A DNA stretch of 64,000 nt from Moniliella sp. 'wahieum' (lineage: Eukaryota). The position numbers and the translations under genes are program-made. The stretch covers positions 62,001 through 126,000 of the forward strand of contig RSEE01000092.1 in NCBI GenBank assembly GCA_003971905.1. Reading direction: 5' to 3'. This document shows, in pieces, positions 36,574-49,783 of this stretch (its first letter is position 1; each line of letters opens with the position of its first letter). Under the pieces are notes generated by a model, which saw only the letters and a program-made list of their open reading frames with translations, was not told the origin of the DNA and made no database searches.

Positions 36574-37504
36574 ATGAGCGAGTCGCTGCAATTCAAGGGC
36601 AGCCTCACGGGGCACCAGGGCTGGGTCACGGCGCTGGCCACGTCGAGCGAGAACCCCGACCTGCTCGTCTCGTCGTCGCGGGACAAGCATGTGATTGTGT
36701 GGAACCTCAAGCGTGGCGAGGACGACCTGGGATACCCCAAGAAGATCCTCCACGGCCACAACCACTTTGTTTCCGACGTGGTCCTCCTCTGACGGCCAGT
36801 TTGCCCTTTCGTCGTCGTGGGACAAGACGCTGCGTCTGTGGGACCTCAACACGGGCAACACTGTGCACCGCTTTGTGGGCCACCAGGCCGATGTGCTCTC
36901 CGTCTCCTTCTCGGCTGACAACCGTCAGATCGTCTCGGCTTCGCGCGACAAGACGATCAAGCTGTGGAACACGCTTGGTGAGTGCAAGTTCAACCTTACC
37001 GACCACGGCCACACGGAGTGGGTGAGCACCGTCAAGTTCTCGCCCAACCCGCAAACTCCCCTGATCGTCTCGGGTGGCTGGGACAAGGCTGTCAAGGTGT
37101 GGGACCTGTCGCAGATGCGCCTCAAGGCGAACCACTTTGGCCACTCGGGCTACGTCAACACGGTCACCATCTCCCCTGACGGCTCGCTCTGCGCGTCGGG
37201 TGGCAAGGAGGGCACGGTGATGCTCTGGGAGCTGTCGGTGGACAAGCACCTCTACTCGCTCGAGGCTGGCGACAATGTCAATGCGCTTGTCTTTTCGCCG
37301 AACCGCTACTGGCTCTGCGCTGCCACCTCGTCGTGCATCAAGATCTTTGACCTCGAGTCGCAGTCCATTGTCGACACCCTCGTCCCTGAGATTGAGGGCA
37401 ACGGTAAGGCGCCCGAGGCGCTGTCGCTTGCCTGGTCGGCCGACGGCCAGACCCTCTTTGCCGGCTACTCGGACAACGAGATTCGCATCTTCACTGTTCT
37501 CTAA
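36574..37504 (+). CDS. ASC1: RACK1 / G-beta-like 40S ribosomal WD40 protein
   Basis: [47 protein letters not shown] and [16 protein letters not shown] 2-nt deletion at about 36785. Probable 5'-UTR intron at 36486-36564. Confidence 0.97.
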
Positions 37505-38133
37505 GCTTGGGTCCACGGATGGTTGTGCTCTGCCTCTTGCCTCTCGCCATGCATGCACCTTCCCGCTCTTGCCTTGCGGCAGACACACAAAATGGTCAGC
37601 TCGGCTGTCCTTGCTATGCCTATGAATCTGTGCATGGTTTTACCCGTTGTGTTTCATAGTCGAGAAAGAGTACCCAAGTCGTACCATGTGTCTCGTAGTC
37701 GTAGAGAAATGCAATGGGCTTGACTGCTCGGTTCGGATCGGGGCAGGCAAGTTGCCGGAGATGGCCGTGTTGCCAGCAGCCACAGCTGACGCCACGGTTG
37801 ACGGCCTCTTCGGATTCGGATTGGTGAATGTCGTCGGCACCGGGGAGACCCCAACACGCTAGGTGGCCTGCGACCTGACGCCCACCGATACCCCACTGCT
37901 CTTGGGTCTTGTATACGTGTGGACTGTGCTCAGCGGGTTCGAGGATGAAGAACCGAAGGGGATGACGATCAAGGCTAATATATATTCGAGAAGAGCGGTT
38001 TGTATGATCTCAGCCTGCAAGCTGGATCCGACTAGGAAGGAGGGGGGAGAAACGACTGCAACGACGGGGGGACAGACACGACAGATACGATCGGTACGAT
38101 CGACACGGATACGCGATCAACACGATCACCAGT

Positions 38134-40403
38134 TTACCACTCGCTCATCCGTTCGGCCAGACGCGCATTCAGCAGCCAACGCGCATCGCCTACCAACAGC
38201 GGCGCTACCAGGGACGTGTACCATCCGCTGGCGCGTTCCAGCCGGAGGAGCAACTTGGCGCACAGGCGCGGCGGAAGCGCGACATAAGGCGTCTCTTTCG
38301 TCTTGCTTCGTAGCGCGTCCATGTGCCGCACGAGGATAGGGACAAAGGCAGCGAGCGAACGGACATGCGCCGCATACGCTTCCGCCGATACGTAGGCCTG
38401 CGACCGTAACGGCCCGCGCACTTCGCGGTCCCGGTGCGTAACGCGTTCCAACTTAGCTGTCAGGCGGTGACTTACGCGGCCCAGACTGCTGACTGAGGAC
38501 GAGGCAGTCAGCTCGTCCCCCACGGTAGCGGTAACGACGATTGTGATAACTTGCGGCCTTGGAGGAGCGCTTGCGCCTCGCGGCCCGCCGATTCGACTTG
38601 GTCCAACGCGTACAACAGTTCTTGCGCGCCTTCAGGACCGGCACCCCCAGTCCCGGCGCGGCCATCGCCGCACCTTCTTCCCCTGGTACCTCGGCCGGCC
38701 ACAAGTCTTCGGCCGCTTGCACGGTCTGCTCAGCACGCACTAGCACGCCCAAACTCTGTGCCTTGTTCTCCACCCGCGGCAGACGCGCATGTTCTCCCCC
38801 CCCCATAGGGGCGTAGTGAGCACCAAACTCGTTGTCAGCTGCACCCATTTCTCTTCGGTCGGCGTCTGGGCCAGTTTCTGAACCAGGGAAAAGGCACTTG
38901 AGCACGCCCCACACGAGCTTCCACCTTATCCCGCACCAGGTCTTTTCCTACTTCCTCCGCCCCCTGGGCGCCGTGGGCAAAAGCACCAGCGAAGCTAAAA
39001 TCGCTTCGCGCGCCTGAATCGCACGTTGCGGATCAAACCCAGCCCTGGGGAACGGCACCCGCTTACCGCTGCTCCACCCTTCCGGACCCGAGGAAGACGA
39101 AGTAGGCGAGGCAGGGCCAGGGCGCAAGCGCCGTCGGTCACGCCCGGCCTCGGATTTGCCAACGGACGAAGCGGAGGTGGAGTGGTGCAGACCTTTACCT
39201 TCCATCGGCGTCGGCGGTAACTCCGCGTCGGGCGGAAGCGTCGGGGGTGGATTGAGCGTGCGCGTCGGCGTGGTCGGATGGGGCGTAAAGGGGGCTAAGG
39301 TCGAATTGGTCTCGATCGCCCCGCCACTGTCTGGTCCATCCCGCGGACCGGCACTCAGGTCCATCCGCGCGGGCGAACGGCCACGCCGACGCCGCGCCAG
39401 GGACAGAAATGAGTTCCCGCCCGACCCGCTCGGGTGGGAAGGGTGAGAAGGTGGGAGCGGAGGGAGCGGCGGAAGCGGATGGGGAAGTGGGTGGGCAGAG
39501 TGGGGTAGCGGGGCGGGTAGACGCGGGAGAGCGGGGGCTGGGGTTGAGGTTGGAGTTGGGGTTGAAGTTGGGGTTGGAGTTGGGGCTGGTTTCGTTGCTG
39601 CTGTTGCTGTTACTGTTGCTGTTGCTGTAGTCGTTGTCGCAGTGGCGGATGTGGTAGTGCTGGCAGCTACTGAAGTGGGTGCTGGGGGAGGGGAAAGGAT
39701 GTCGCCTGTGGCTGAGACCATGTGCGCTGCGCCTGGAGTTGGTCCGTGTGCCTGCCAGTGGGTGCGGACGTTGTAGCTGTTCTCCCTCCTGTCGGCTCAC
39801 GTCTTCCACTTGGTCTTCAGCGGGCGTTGGCGCAGGTCTTGGTACGTGTCGGTACGTGTCCTGGTACGGGTACGGGTCTTGATTCGCGTGCTGGGTGTGT
39901 AGGGGTCCTGATGTTGGATCTGGATCTGGGTGAATCTGGATCTGGATCTGGATCGTGATGGTGTTCATGGTCGTCCCGTCCTTTCCTCGTTTCTCCTCGT
40001 CCTCGTCCGAGTCGTCGTCTCTTGGACCTCGTGCCACGAGGTGAGGAGCCAGATGCGTTCCTGGTACGTGTCGCGAATGCCGCGTAATCGGCTGGCCTCG
40101 GCGTCAAACTGGGTATTTTGCTGGCTGTCACGCGGCTTGGCGGCATGCCGACGCGCCTGGCGGACAATGACCTCCTGGAGCAGACAGACGCATCCGCATA
40201 CGCCTGCACGCGTCGGGCTCATTCGCATTGTCGCGCGCCACGGCATACTGCGCCTTGGCCAGCGCGATCTGGAGGACGGCGTGGGTGGTGAGGGGGCCCG
40301 CGGGCATCCGCCCGGCCAGGTCCGCGCCGGCGCCCAGCTGGGCGACCTGGGCGTCGGTCAGCCGCCCGGCCTCCCGGCCTGGCTCGGCGGCGGAGGAGGA
40401 CAT
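38134..40403 (-). CDS. Fungal MIT-domain protein
   Basis: N-terminal MIT pattern LQIALAKAQYAVARDNAN..AYADA..LLQEV..RLRGIRDTYQERIWLL, a low-complexity middle, and a conserved-looking C-terminus ending DARWLLNARLAERMSEW*. Confidence 0.72.
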
Positions 40404-40757
40404 GGGGGGGGGGATGGAGTAGCAGCAGGAGGAGCAGCAGTAACTAGTACCACCAACAGAGCTGATCGGCTGGCTGGCTAGCTAGCTAGGGTTGCCTTCT
40501 TCCCGCTCTCCTACGGCTGGCGCCCGGCGGGCGACCGCTGACCCTGACGCGTGAGCCGCACAATTGGCCATTGTGGGGCGGCTACCGACTATGGCCACAC
40601 TCGCAAATACCAGCCTGTCTGCCTGTCACACAACGGAACGTGCCGCTGCCCGCCGCGCACACCCGCTCCACGCCGCCGCCCGCCATCGCCAATCTCTTCA
40701 TTCGGCGCACGCGCGCGGCTACCATCCACGCCCAGCCCACGCACAGCCGTCGGTGGC

Positions 40758-41656
40758 CTACGCCGCCGTCTTCGCCTTGCGCGCCGGCTGCGTGCGTTGC
40801 TTGAGGTGCGTCTCGGGCTACCACACCCGTCCTCGCGTCAGTACTCAGTCGCTTCTCGCCCACCCACACTCCCGCAAGAGCCCACACGTACAATCCAACT
40901 CTCGTCGTACCCGTTCTGCTGCACCGATGCCGTCGTTGCCTTGAGCTGCTGCTGCTTGCGCGCCGCCTTGGCCGCCGCAGCGTCCTTCTTGGCCTTGACG
41001 GTGCGGAGGTAGTACCCGCCCCGCCCACCACGGAACCCAGGAGCAGGAGTAGATAAACAGACTGTCACAGGCGCCACGTGCACGTCAGTACGCGCCGTTC
41101 CAGTTCGGCTGGCGACCACAGGCACAGAGACGGAGGGGAGGGGACATGACAACAACGTACACCTGCGGGTCCAGCCAATTGGTCGGAGGCTCGACCACGG
41201 TCACTTGGCCGTGGTAGACGGGATGACATAGAAACGGGAGGTCTGGCCATCGCGCACACCCAGGCGGAACTCGACGTCGAGCGGCTGGGGCTTGAACTCG
41301 GAGTAAAAGTCAAAGGACTGGTGGGTGGGGCGGCCGCCAACGGCACGCAGGGGCCGGGGACGCTTGAGGGTGTGGGTGGTCATGTTGCGCAGCACCCGGC
41401 CGCGCTGGCCATCGAGCTTGGCGGGGTTGAGGAAGGCGCCGGTGACGCTTTCGAGGCTGAGGACGCGCTCGGTGCCGGGGGGGTGGCTGATGGCAAACAC
41501 GACGCGGTTGGCCTGGCCATTGTGGACGATGTGGAAGTCGTTGTGGGGGAAGGTGGTGGCGACCTGGAGGGTGGGGGTGTCGTCGGCCTGCGCGCGGGCG
41601 GGGAGCGCGGCGGCGAGGAGCGCGAGGCAGGCGAGCGCGGGGGCGAGCAGACGCAT
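40758..41656 (-). CDS. Translocon-associated protein alpha (SSR1/Irc22-like)
   Basis: Signal peptide, lumenal domain IVHNGQAN..FYSEFKPQ..VTVVEPP..LDPQ, TM, then GYDESWI|PETHLK. Two GT-AG introns. Confidence 0.82.
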
Positions 41657-41736
41657 GGCGGTGGGGGGGGGCGGGGGTTAGCGTTTAGCCGTCCCTGGTG
41701 GAGTCGCGCGGGAAGAAAGGCGGCGAGGGGCTGATG

Positions 41737-41750
41737 CGCTGACGTCAGCG
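41737..41750. promoter_or_regulatory. ATF/CREB-type palindrome CGCTGACGTCAGCG in the TRAP-alpha/FAT1 divergent promoter
   Basis: Perfect 14-bp palindrome with a TGACGTCA core. The same 12-mer lies at 62069-62080 upstream of Rab5. Confidence 0.45.
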
Positions 41751-41918
41751 TGTGCATGGACGTGGAGGCGGTGACGTGGAGGCACCCTGGGCAGGCCAGG
41801 GCTCGGCCGGGTGGATGTTGAAATGTGCAAGCACGCGTGCGTGAAAGCCCCCCCTCTCCCCAAAGCCCAGCTGGGGCCAAGGAGTAGGAACAACGCCATC
41901 CCCACCGCCCCCCCCCCC

Positions 41919-43909
41919 ATGCCCCAGCTCATCACCGCCGCCGCCGCGCTCGCGCTCGCCGCCTACCTCGACGCCCAGTCGGGCCTCCGCAACGACCTCC
42001 GCATCGGCTACGCCTTTGCCCGCTCCACCCTCAAGCACTACCTCCGCATCCTCCGCCACCGCCCCTCCCTCTTCCACCTCTTCGACGACACGGCCAACGC
42101 CCGCCCAACGACATTGCCTACGTCTATGCCGGCCGCAGCATCACCTGGGCCGCTGCCCAGGCCCAGGTCCGCAAGATCGCCCACTTCCTCCTCGCCCAGG
42201 GCTTCAAGTCTGGCGGTACGTCCCCGTGTCTCCCCCCCCCCCCCCCGCAATGTCGACCTGACCTGACCCCCCCCCTGCCAGACCGCGTCGCGGTGCTGAT
42301 GGGCAACTCGGTCACGTACGTCGAGTTCTGGCTTGCCTGCATGAGCATCAATGTTGTCCCTGCCATGATCAACTACTCCCTCACGGGCCCCGGCCTGGTC
42401 CACTGCATCTCGGTGGCCGAGGCCAAGGCGGTGTTCTTTGAAGAGGAGTACGAGCCTGCCCTGCAGCTTGTCCAGGACAAGCTGCCTTCGATCCAGCAGT
42501 GGATCCGCGTGGACGATGGTGTGCACTATCCTGCCGAGCGCGACGCGAGTGTGCGCGCGGCCGAGGAAGCAAGCCAAGGCCCTTTGCTGCCGCTGCCGAA
42601 CGTGGTGCAGCTGGACCAGAGCGTGCTGGATGCCCAACCGGCTACCGCGCTCGGCGACGAGTACCGAAAGGACGTCGAGGAGACGTCCCCGGCAGTCTTG
42701 ATCTACACTAGTGGTACCACCGGCTTGCCCAAGGCCGCCCTTTGCTCCCACGGCCGCATTGGCGTGGCGATGGTCATGTGGCCTACCACCAATGGTTTCA
42801 CCCCCTCGGATCGGATTTACACTGCATGCCTCTCTACCACCACTCCTCGGCTGCGTTCCTTTGCATTGGCGCTTCCTGGTACAGCGGCACGACCGTCATT
42901 ATTGGTCGCAAGTTTTCCGCCTCGCGCTTCTTTGATGAGGCGCGTGCGAACGGGGCGACGGTGATGCAGTACATTGGTGAAATTTGCCGCTATCTATTGG
43001 CCGTTCCGCCGTCCCCGCTGGACAAGGAACACACCATTCGTATGGCGTATGGTAATGGCATGCGGCCCGATGTGTGGAACAAGTTCCGTGACCGATTTGG
43101 TATTCGTGTCATTTCTGAGTTTTACGCCTCCTCCGAGGGCAACGGCGCTCTGATCTCGTACAATACCGGTCCATTTGGCGCTGGCTCGGTGGGCCGGATG
43201 GGCGTGCTAGCGCGCCGGTTCAAGCCGCACTTTAAAATTGCCAAGGTCGACCCCATCACGGAGGAAGTGTACCGTGACCCTACCACGGGGCTGTGTCGAG
43301 TGCGGTCCGAACGAACAGGGCGAATACATGTCGAAGATTATGGGTGCGCCCTCGGCCCAGTTTGCCGGGTACGCCGGAAACAAAAGGCCACTGAGAGTAA
43401 GATTTTGCGCGACGTGTTTGTCCGTGGCGACGCGTGGTTCCGCTCGGGCGACCTGATGCGCATCGATTCCGATGGCTTCTTTTGGTTTGGCGACCGTTGG
43501 GCGATACGTTCCGGTGGCGGTCGGAGAATGTGTCGACGGCCGAGGTGGCGGCTGCGCTGGGGGAAGCAGTGCATGAAGCTAACGTGTACGGTGTCCTGGT
43601 TCCCGGCCACGATGGACGGGCAGGGTGTGCGGCTATTCCGCAAGACGAGTTGGCCAAGACGGATTTGGCTGCTTTGGCCCGCCACGTACGCTCTCGTCTG
43701 CCCAAGTACGCCGTCCCATCTTTCTCGCGCGGTGCAGGAGATGGAACAGACTGGCACGGTCAAACAATTGAAAGTCGCTCTTCGTAACGAGGGAATTGAC
43801 CCTACCAAGGTCAAGGACCCCCTCTACTGGCTCCCGCCTGGCGCCACACCTACCTCCCTTTGGCTTGGCTGAGTACAAGAAGATTGCCGCTGGACAGGTC
43901 AAGCTTTAG
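41919..43909 (+). CDS. FAT1: Very-long-chain fatty acyl-CoA synthetase / fatty acid transport protein
   Basis: LIYTSGTTGLPKAA, MPLYH, QYIGEICRYL, AYGNGMRPDVW, EFYASSEG, GDAWFRSGDL, DR.GDTFRWRSENVST and HDGRAGCA. Intron at 42216-42281. Ends VKL*. Confidence 0.93.
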
Positions 43910-46845
43910 GCTGAGGCTGAGGCTAAGCTAAGTCTCAGAGTGTGGCTCTATTCCTGGCGCTCGCTCGGCTCAAATCGTGCCATGCAACGCTTTCCCTGTT
44001 TGTCTCAATGCCCACTCGTTGTGCCCTTACCTACTTAGCCGTCTCACCGAGAAGATTGTATCAGAACAAGAACGTTGGTCGGATTCGCAGGGGCTATAGA
44101 AGAGTACTAAGAGGATCCACATGCGAACCACATAGGCTACGAGACTAACCTCTGCTCCCCTTGGGAGTGAGAGTAGGTTCTCTAACCGGCTGACTGGATG
44201 GGGCTGGCATCGATGCAGAACTGCTAGATTTACAGGCACACTTTTTAGGTATAGAATGCATTCGAAGATCGCTGGGAAGCGTTACACGACAACCACGGGT
44301 GGGCGCGAGGTAGGACGGAAGCACCAACTACGTAGTAGAGCAGTGAGCTACACAGCAGATGACAGGTTAGTGTGAGAGTGCGCACTAGGGAGAAGCTGAC
44401 CAAATCAGCAGCAGCACGGGGTTAGCAAGAGACAGAAGACTACGGGTCAGGCGATCAAGTCAGCCAGTGGAGAGGGCAAGCGGGATAAAGTCGGAATGTG
44501 CCTGGGCAGGGCGAACAAGGTCAGGAACAGGTCGGCTTATAACAGAAGGGACGTACGACGGCGAAACAGGTGAGATGAGTCAAGAGGCGAACAAGGCGAG
44601 ACGACCCAATCGTGGGATTCTGCATGCAGCAGCTGGACAAACAGAGTGTCAGTGGCAGGACAACTCCAAGCGCGAAGGACGGGGGACATACGATGGCATG
44701 CAGACCAGCCAAACGAGAGGACCACACAGGGCGAGGCAAATCATATAAGCGAGAGAGCCAAAGTGAGCAGACGGACAAGGGTGGGTCGAAGGCGAGCAAA
44801 ACGGGGTATGCACATTACGCATGGCGCCCACAAGGTCAGTGTGGGTCATCAGAACGAGGGGAATGCGGATGAAGCGGCAGTACGATGCTTGCGCTACGGA
44901 CCAGATGAATGAGGACAAGATGGCCCGCAGCGAGGTTTAGTCTGTGTAGGCGGGTCCACCAGAGCGATGGCGGGCAAGAGAACACATACGACAGAAGCAT
45001 GCAGGAGTGCTCTTGGAGGCTGCAGAGATGGGATACCGGTTGCTACGGGCGCAATGAGAGGGGCGGTGGTGAGGAGAGGGTGCAAGCACAGAGGAGCAGG
45101 AGAGTAAAAGGAGCGGGGGCGGCGCAGCCAATCTGTGTGCACAGGCCAATCTGGGCCAAGCCAGGGGCATAGGCAAGCGATATCTATATTAGGTCGCAAC
45201 ACTAGCGGCACTGCAGCAGTGTTCGAAAGTCTAATGTGCGGTCTCTCTCTGAGGGAAGCACCAGAGGGCAGACCAGATCGTTTAGAGGCAAGCACCAGAG
45301 CTCGGGATGGCTCGGCTGTCCAATGACGAACTCAGCGTGAGCCCAAGGGTCCAAGTGTCTCTTTCCGGGAGGCACCAGCGGGCAGGTGGGCAGGCCGGGC
45401 TCGCTGGAAACCACCTCGCTGCCCGCGCACTCAGGTCTGAGCCTCAGGCCTCATTACTAGTAGTAGTACGCCCCGTGGTGCCGTATATGCGGTGCTAATT
45501 TCTGCAACGGCGGTCATTCCGAGCAGGTTCTTTCCCTGCTCACAGTGGGTGTGACATGTGACGAGAAGCAACGACCAGATCCTCGCGAACCTCGAGAGGT
45601 CACAATGCTGCATAATACGACTGGGAACGCACCGCGACGGGCGCTATGGGCTCAGTCCATCGTCCAACAACTCTGCTGCTCATGTGTCGCCAGATCATCA
45701 TGATCAAGTTCGAGAAGAATGCTGAGCCGCCGCCCATCATAACTAGTCCCCGATCGTTTCGGGCCTGAGGCTGGGAAACCGAAGGCATGATGGGCTTTGA
45801 GCGAACAACACTGGACCTCCTTGGCCTGAGGTTCCGCGTGATGTGCTAGTTGGCACTGAAGGCACCTCGGTCAAACGCACGAGCCTCCCTGTGGTTGAAC
45901 GCTCAGGCGCTCCACGTCTCAGGGCTCAACAACGCACACCGCAGGCTGTGGAAGTATTCATACCTGACTATATAGTAGCATTGACAAAACTCGAACACGG
46001 ACAACAATTATAGGACGACTCCTCTCGCCCATCCGCTCACATCCGCCATTCCTCTCGAGGTGAGGTTTCCGATACCTCGCTACCAGCGACTTGCCAGTTC
46101 AACGAGAGAGACCTACCCCACCTACTCCATGAACCGAAAAACAACCCAGCCTACGCATTGCGTCTACACACCGTGCCGCTCTTCTACGCCGGAGGAGAGT
46201 AGTCATATGGCAGCAAGGACCGAAAGGGAGGGGGGGACCAGCCACCCGGAAGAATGGGGGCAGGGTCCAAGGGAGCTTGGGAGGGGCCTGGGGTGGGCGC
46301 TTAGGATGGGAGAGCAAGGTGGGGGTAAGAGTGGGAGTGGGAGCAAGAGGTGCGAGAGAGAGGGTTATACGTCCTTCAAGTCAAAAGGGAAACATGGAGG
46401 GTAGTGTGGTCACGGGTCCTGCCCGCCCCACCGCCGACCCCTGAATGGCCTGGTCCGTCGCATGGTCGCCCTACGTAATCTTCTTACCTTCCTTATCCCC
46501 CCGTCCGAGTGCAGGAGGCAGAAGAAAGGAAAAAGACAAAGAAAGAAAAAAAAGAAACAGAGACGTGGGGTTGCGGGGGGGTGGTATCGGACGAACAGCG
46601 TAGGCGACGGAGGGCGAGGAGGAGGACCCAGGAGGTGGACCCAGGAGGGGAAGGAGCAGGAGGACGCGGGGAGGGGTCATCGTGACTGGTCTCTTCCGGT
46701 CACCTCCATTCACCCAGCTGATAAGATCCGATAGGTTCGACCTGCACCGGTGGAAGGCCACCAGGCCACCAGGCCACCAGACCAGCAGACCAGCAGGCCA
46801 ACCGACCACCCGACGCACCAAGCCCCCGTCCACCCTGCTACCTAC

Positions 46846-49783
46846 TCACTTGCGATGAAACAGGGGGAGGCGGGGGAACCTGCTCGGTTCAGGCAAAGGG
46901 TGGTGATGGGTATGGTGCGCAGGCTCAACCACCTTGGTCGTAGGACCGTCGTGCTGAACCAGGGAGGAACACGTGTGGATCGACGTGAGCCACGAATCGG
47001 CCTCGTTGGCTGCTTGCCCTGCTTGCCCTGCTTGCCCTGCGCGTCCTGCGCCACATGTGCATCTTTCCCCTCTGACCGCTGTGGTCGCTCATTTGCCTGC
47101 TGCTCGTGACGCTCGTGGTGGCCGGGGAGCTCGGTGTACTCCCCTTGGTCGTCCATCTCCTGTTGCTGGTGCGGGTGGGGGTGCTTGTGCAGGTCGTCTC
47201 GGGCGTCCCGCAGCACGGACGAGAAGGGCGGTCGGGACTCGGCCAACCCAGGGCCGCGGAGCAAGTCTCCTAGCGTACAGCGCAACTGCGGGTGGACCGC
47301 GAGCATGCGTCGTAACGCTGCCTGCGTCTCCACTGGGCACAAGCTGAAAATTGAGTCTGTTCGTGCAGGCGTCGGGGACGGAGGGGAGGTGTCCTGCTCC
47401 TGGTCTGAGGGCTGGTTGCGGTGGGTGTATCCTCATGATCATGGTCATGGTCATGGTCATGGTCATGGTCAGGGTCAAGTGCAGGCAGCGCGTACGGGAC
47501 CGCAGTGTGCGATGGAGCGAGCCCGACGTTGGACCCTCTGCGTGCCCATTGGCGACTGGCACGGGAAACGGTCGCGTCGCGCTGGGACGCATGCGGGGGT
47601 AACGTAGCCGAGCGCGGTTGGACTGCGACTGCGCGCACATTGGACCTAGAGTCCGTTTCCCCTACCATTTCCCCTTGGGCTTGGACTTGGGCTTGGACTT
47701 GAGCTTGGACTTGGCTTGGACTTGGGTTTGACCTTCGGCTTGAGCTTCGGCGTCGGACGACTCTTCCGACTGGCCTAACGGATCCATCATAAGCACCGAC
47801 CCTTCCCCGAACCAAGTGTCGGGTTCGGACGAATGGATGCGCGACAAAGCCCTTGGTTCCGCCAACGTTGATGCGTCGTCCATCCACACGCCTCCGCCTC
47901 CACCTCCGCCTCCGCATCCATCCCCTCTCCCTCTGCCTCTGCCTCTCCCTGTCTGCGTCCGCACGACCATCGCCATGGGCATAGGGAACGGGACTCGGTT
48001 CCGCCTGGACAGGAACTTGGTCCGACGCAAATGGTGCGTCCGAGGGTTGGACCACCTGGTATCCCGCTTCAGACACGGTAGGTATGCGTGCCAACAGAGG
48101 GTCGGAGCCAGAGGGTGTGGCAGACCAGCCCGAGGGAACGGTCGATGGCAGACCACGTAGTGCCGCTTTCATCAGACTGGCCGAGGACGGTCCCGGGAGA
48201 CGAATGTACGGTGTGGGATTGGGTTCCAGCGAGAGATCCGTGCCCGCCGCCGCGGCAGGGGAGAAGGACAGGGAGAGAGAAGAGCGAGCTTGAGCTTGTG
48301 TGGTGGTCAGAGGAGGGTGGCGGGGAAAAGGCGGAAGGTGCATGCCCCATGGTGGGCTCGCCTTCGGGGGGGAGAGCGGTTTTGGACGCTGGTGGGAGCG
48401 CGGCAGCGGGGGAAGCTGGGGCCCGAATGGGAGTGGGAGTGCGAAGGGAGTGGGAGTGGGAGTGGGAGTGGGAGCGAGTGGTCGGCACAGTCGAAGGGAG
48501 CGTCGAGCGTGTTTCGGTCCACATGGGCAAGGAGGGTGGGGAAGCCAAGCTGCCCATCGCGGGCGAAGTGGGGGTCTTGGTAGGTGCCCTATCCTGCCCT
48601 GTTGGTCCGACAGGCCGGGGCGAAGCAGGGGCGGGAACGTGGACCAGTTCCGGGTGCTCATGGACGAATTGGCGGTAGGCACGGTCCTTGCGAGCGTCGG
48701 GCAACTTCCAGGGAAACCGCGCAGGTACATGCATAAGAAAATGATCGCCAACGACCACACGTCGGTCAAACGCGGGTCGTACTCCTCCTTCCCAACACTT
48801 CGGGAGCCAAGTAAGGGTCTGAACCCACCACGCCCGAAGCTAAAATTTTGGAGCTGCACCCGGGGGTTTGGAAGACGGTGGCGGTGCCAAAATCGATGAT
48901 TTTGACCACATTGGTCGCGGTCATGACACAATTGTCCAGTTGAGGTCGCGATGTGCGAGGCCAAGGCTGTGAAGGTAATCCACGCCATCCACAATCTGGC
49001 GAAAGATACAGTAAATCTCCTCTTTGCTCATTTGGGCGACCATGACAACCGCAAAGAGGTCGTAGGGCGCATACTCGAGGACCTGGTAGTGCAGCCCGGC
49101 ATCAACAAAGAGATCGACAGTGTGAATAATGTTGGGATGGTTGAGTGCTGTGCCGACACAATACTCGGCAGTGATCTTCTTGACGTATTCCCGCTCGTTC
49201 TCCCCCTCGCGCAGGGGACGGAACTGCTTGACGGCATAGATGGTGTGGTCCTTGGCCTTGACGAGACGGACGGTGCCCAGCACCGGTGCCGAGGACCTTG
49301 CCACGGCGGCCATAGAGCTTGCCCAGGTTCTGGGAGCTGATGCCGGCGGCCAGGGGACGGGCTTCGGGGCGCTTGAACTTGGCCGAAGAGGGAAGAGAGG
49401 GCGAGGGGGCAAGGATTTGGCGATGCGAGTGCGCAGGTCGGAAAAGAGGCCGCTTTTGGAGCGGCGCACGCGTGGGGGCTCGGGCTCGGTGAGAGGCGGG
49501 GGTGGGGTGGGGGAGGCAGAGGCAGAGGAAGGTGGAGGTGTGGATGCGGGGGGGGCAGGCGGAGGAGCAGGCGGAGGGGGCGCAGGAGATGCGCCTGAAG
49601 CCAGGGGGCGGGGGCGCAGGGAAAGGAAGGGCGCTTTCGTGGGCCGACTGGGGAGCGGGAGGAGGGGAAGAGGGAGGTGCGAGGGCGGTGGGGAGGGGGA
49701 GGGCGGGGGGGAGGGGAGAGGGGGGGCGGAGGGGGGGCGGCGGAGTGTGCGGGAGGGAGGCGGTCGGATGCGGCGGTGAGCAT
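46846..49783 (-). CDS. HAL/NPR (Sat4/Hrk1-like) Ser/Thr protein kinase
   Basis: YAVKQFRP..EREYVKKITAEYCVGTALNHPNII, YDLFAVVM, YLHSLGLAHRDL, YDPRLTDVWS and RFPWK. After a long insert come ALRRMLAVHPQLRCTL and DSWLTSIHTC. Confidence 0.9.
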
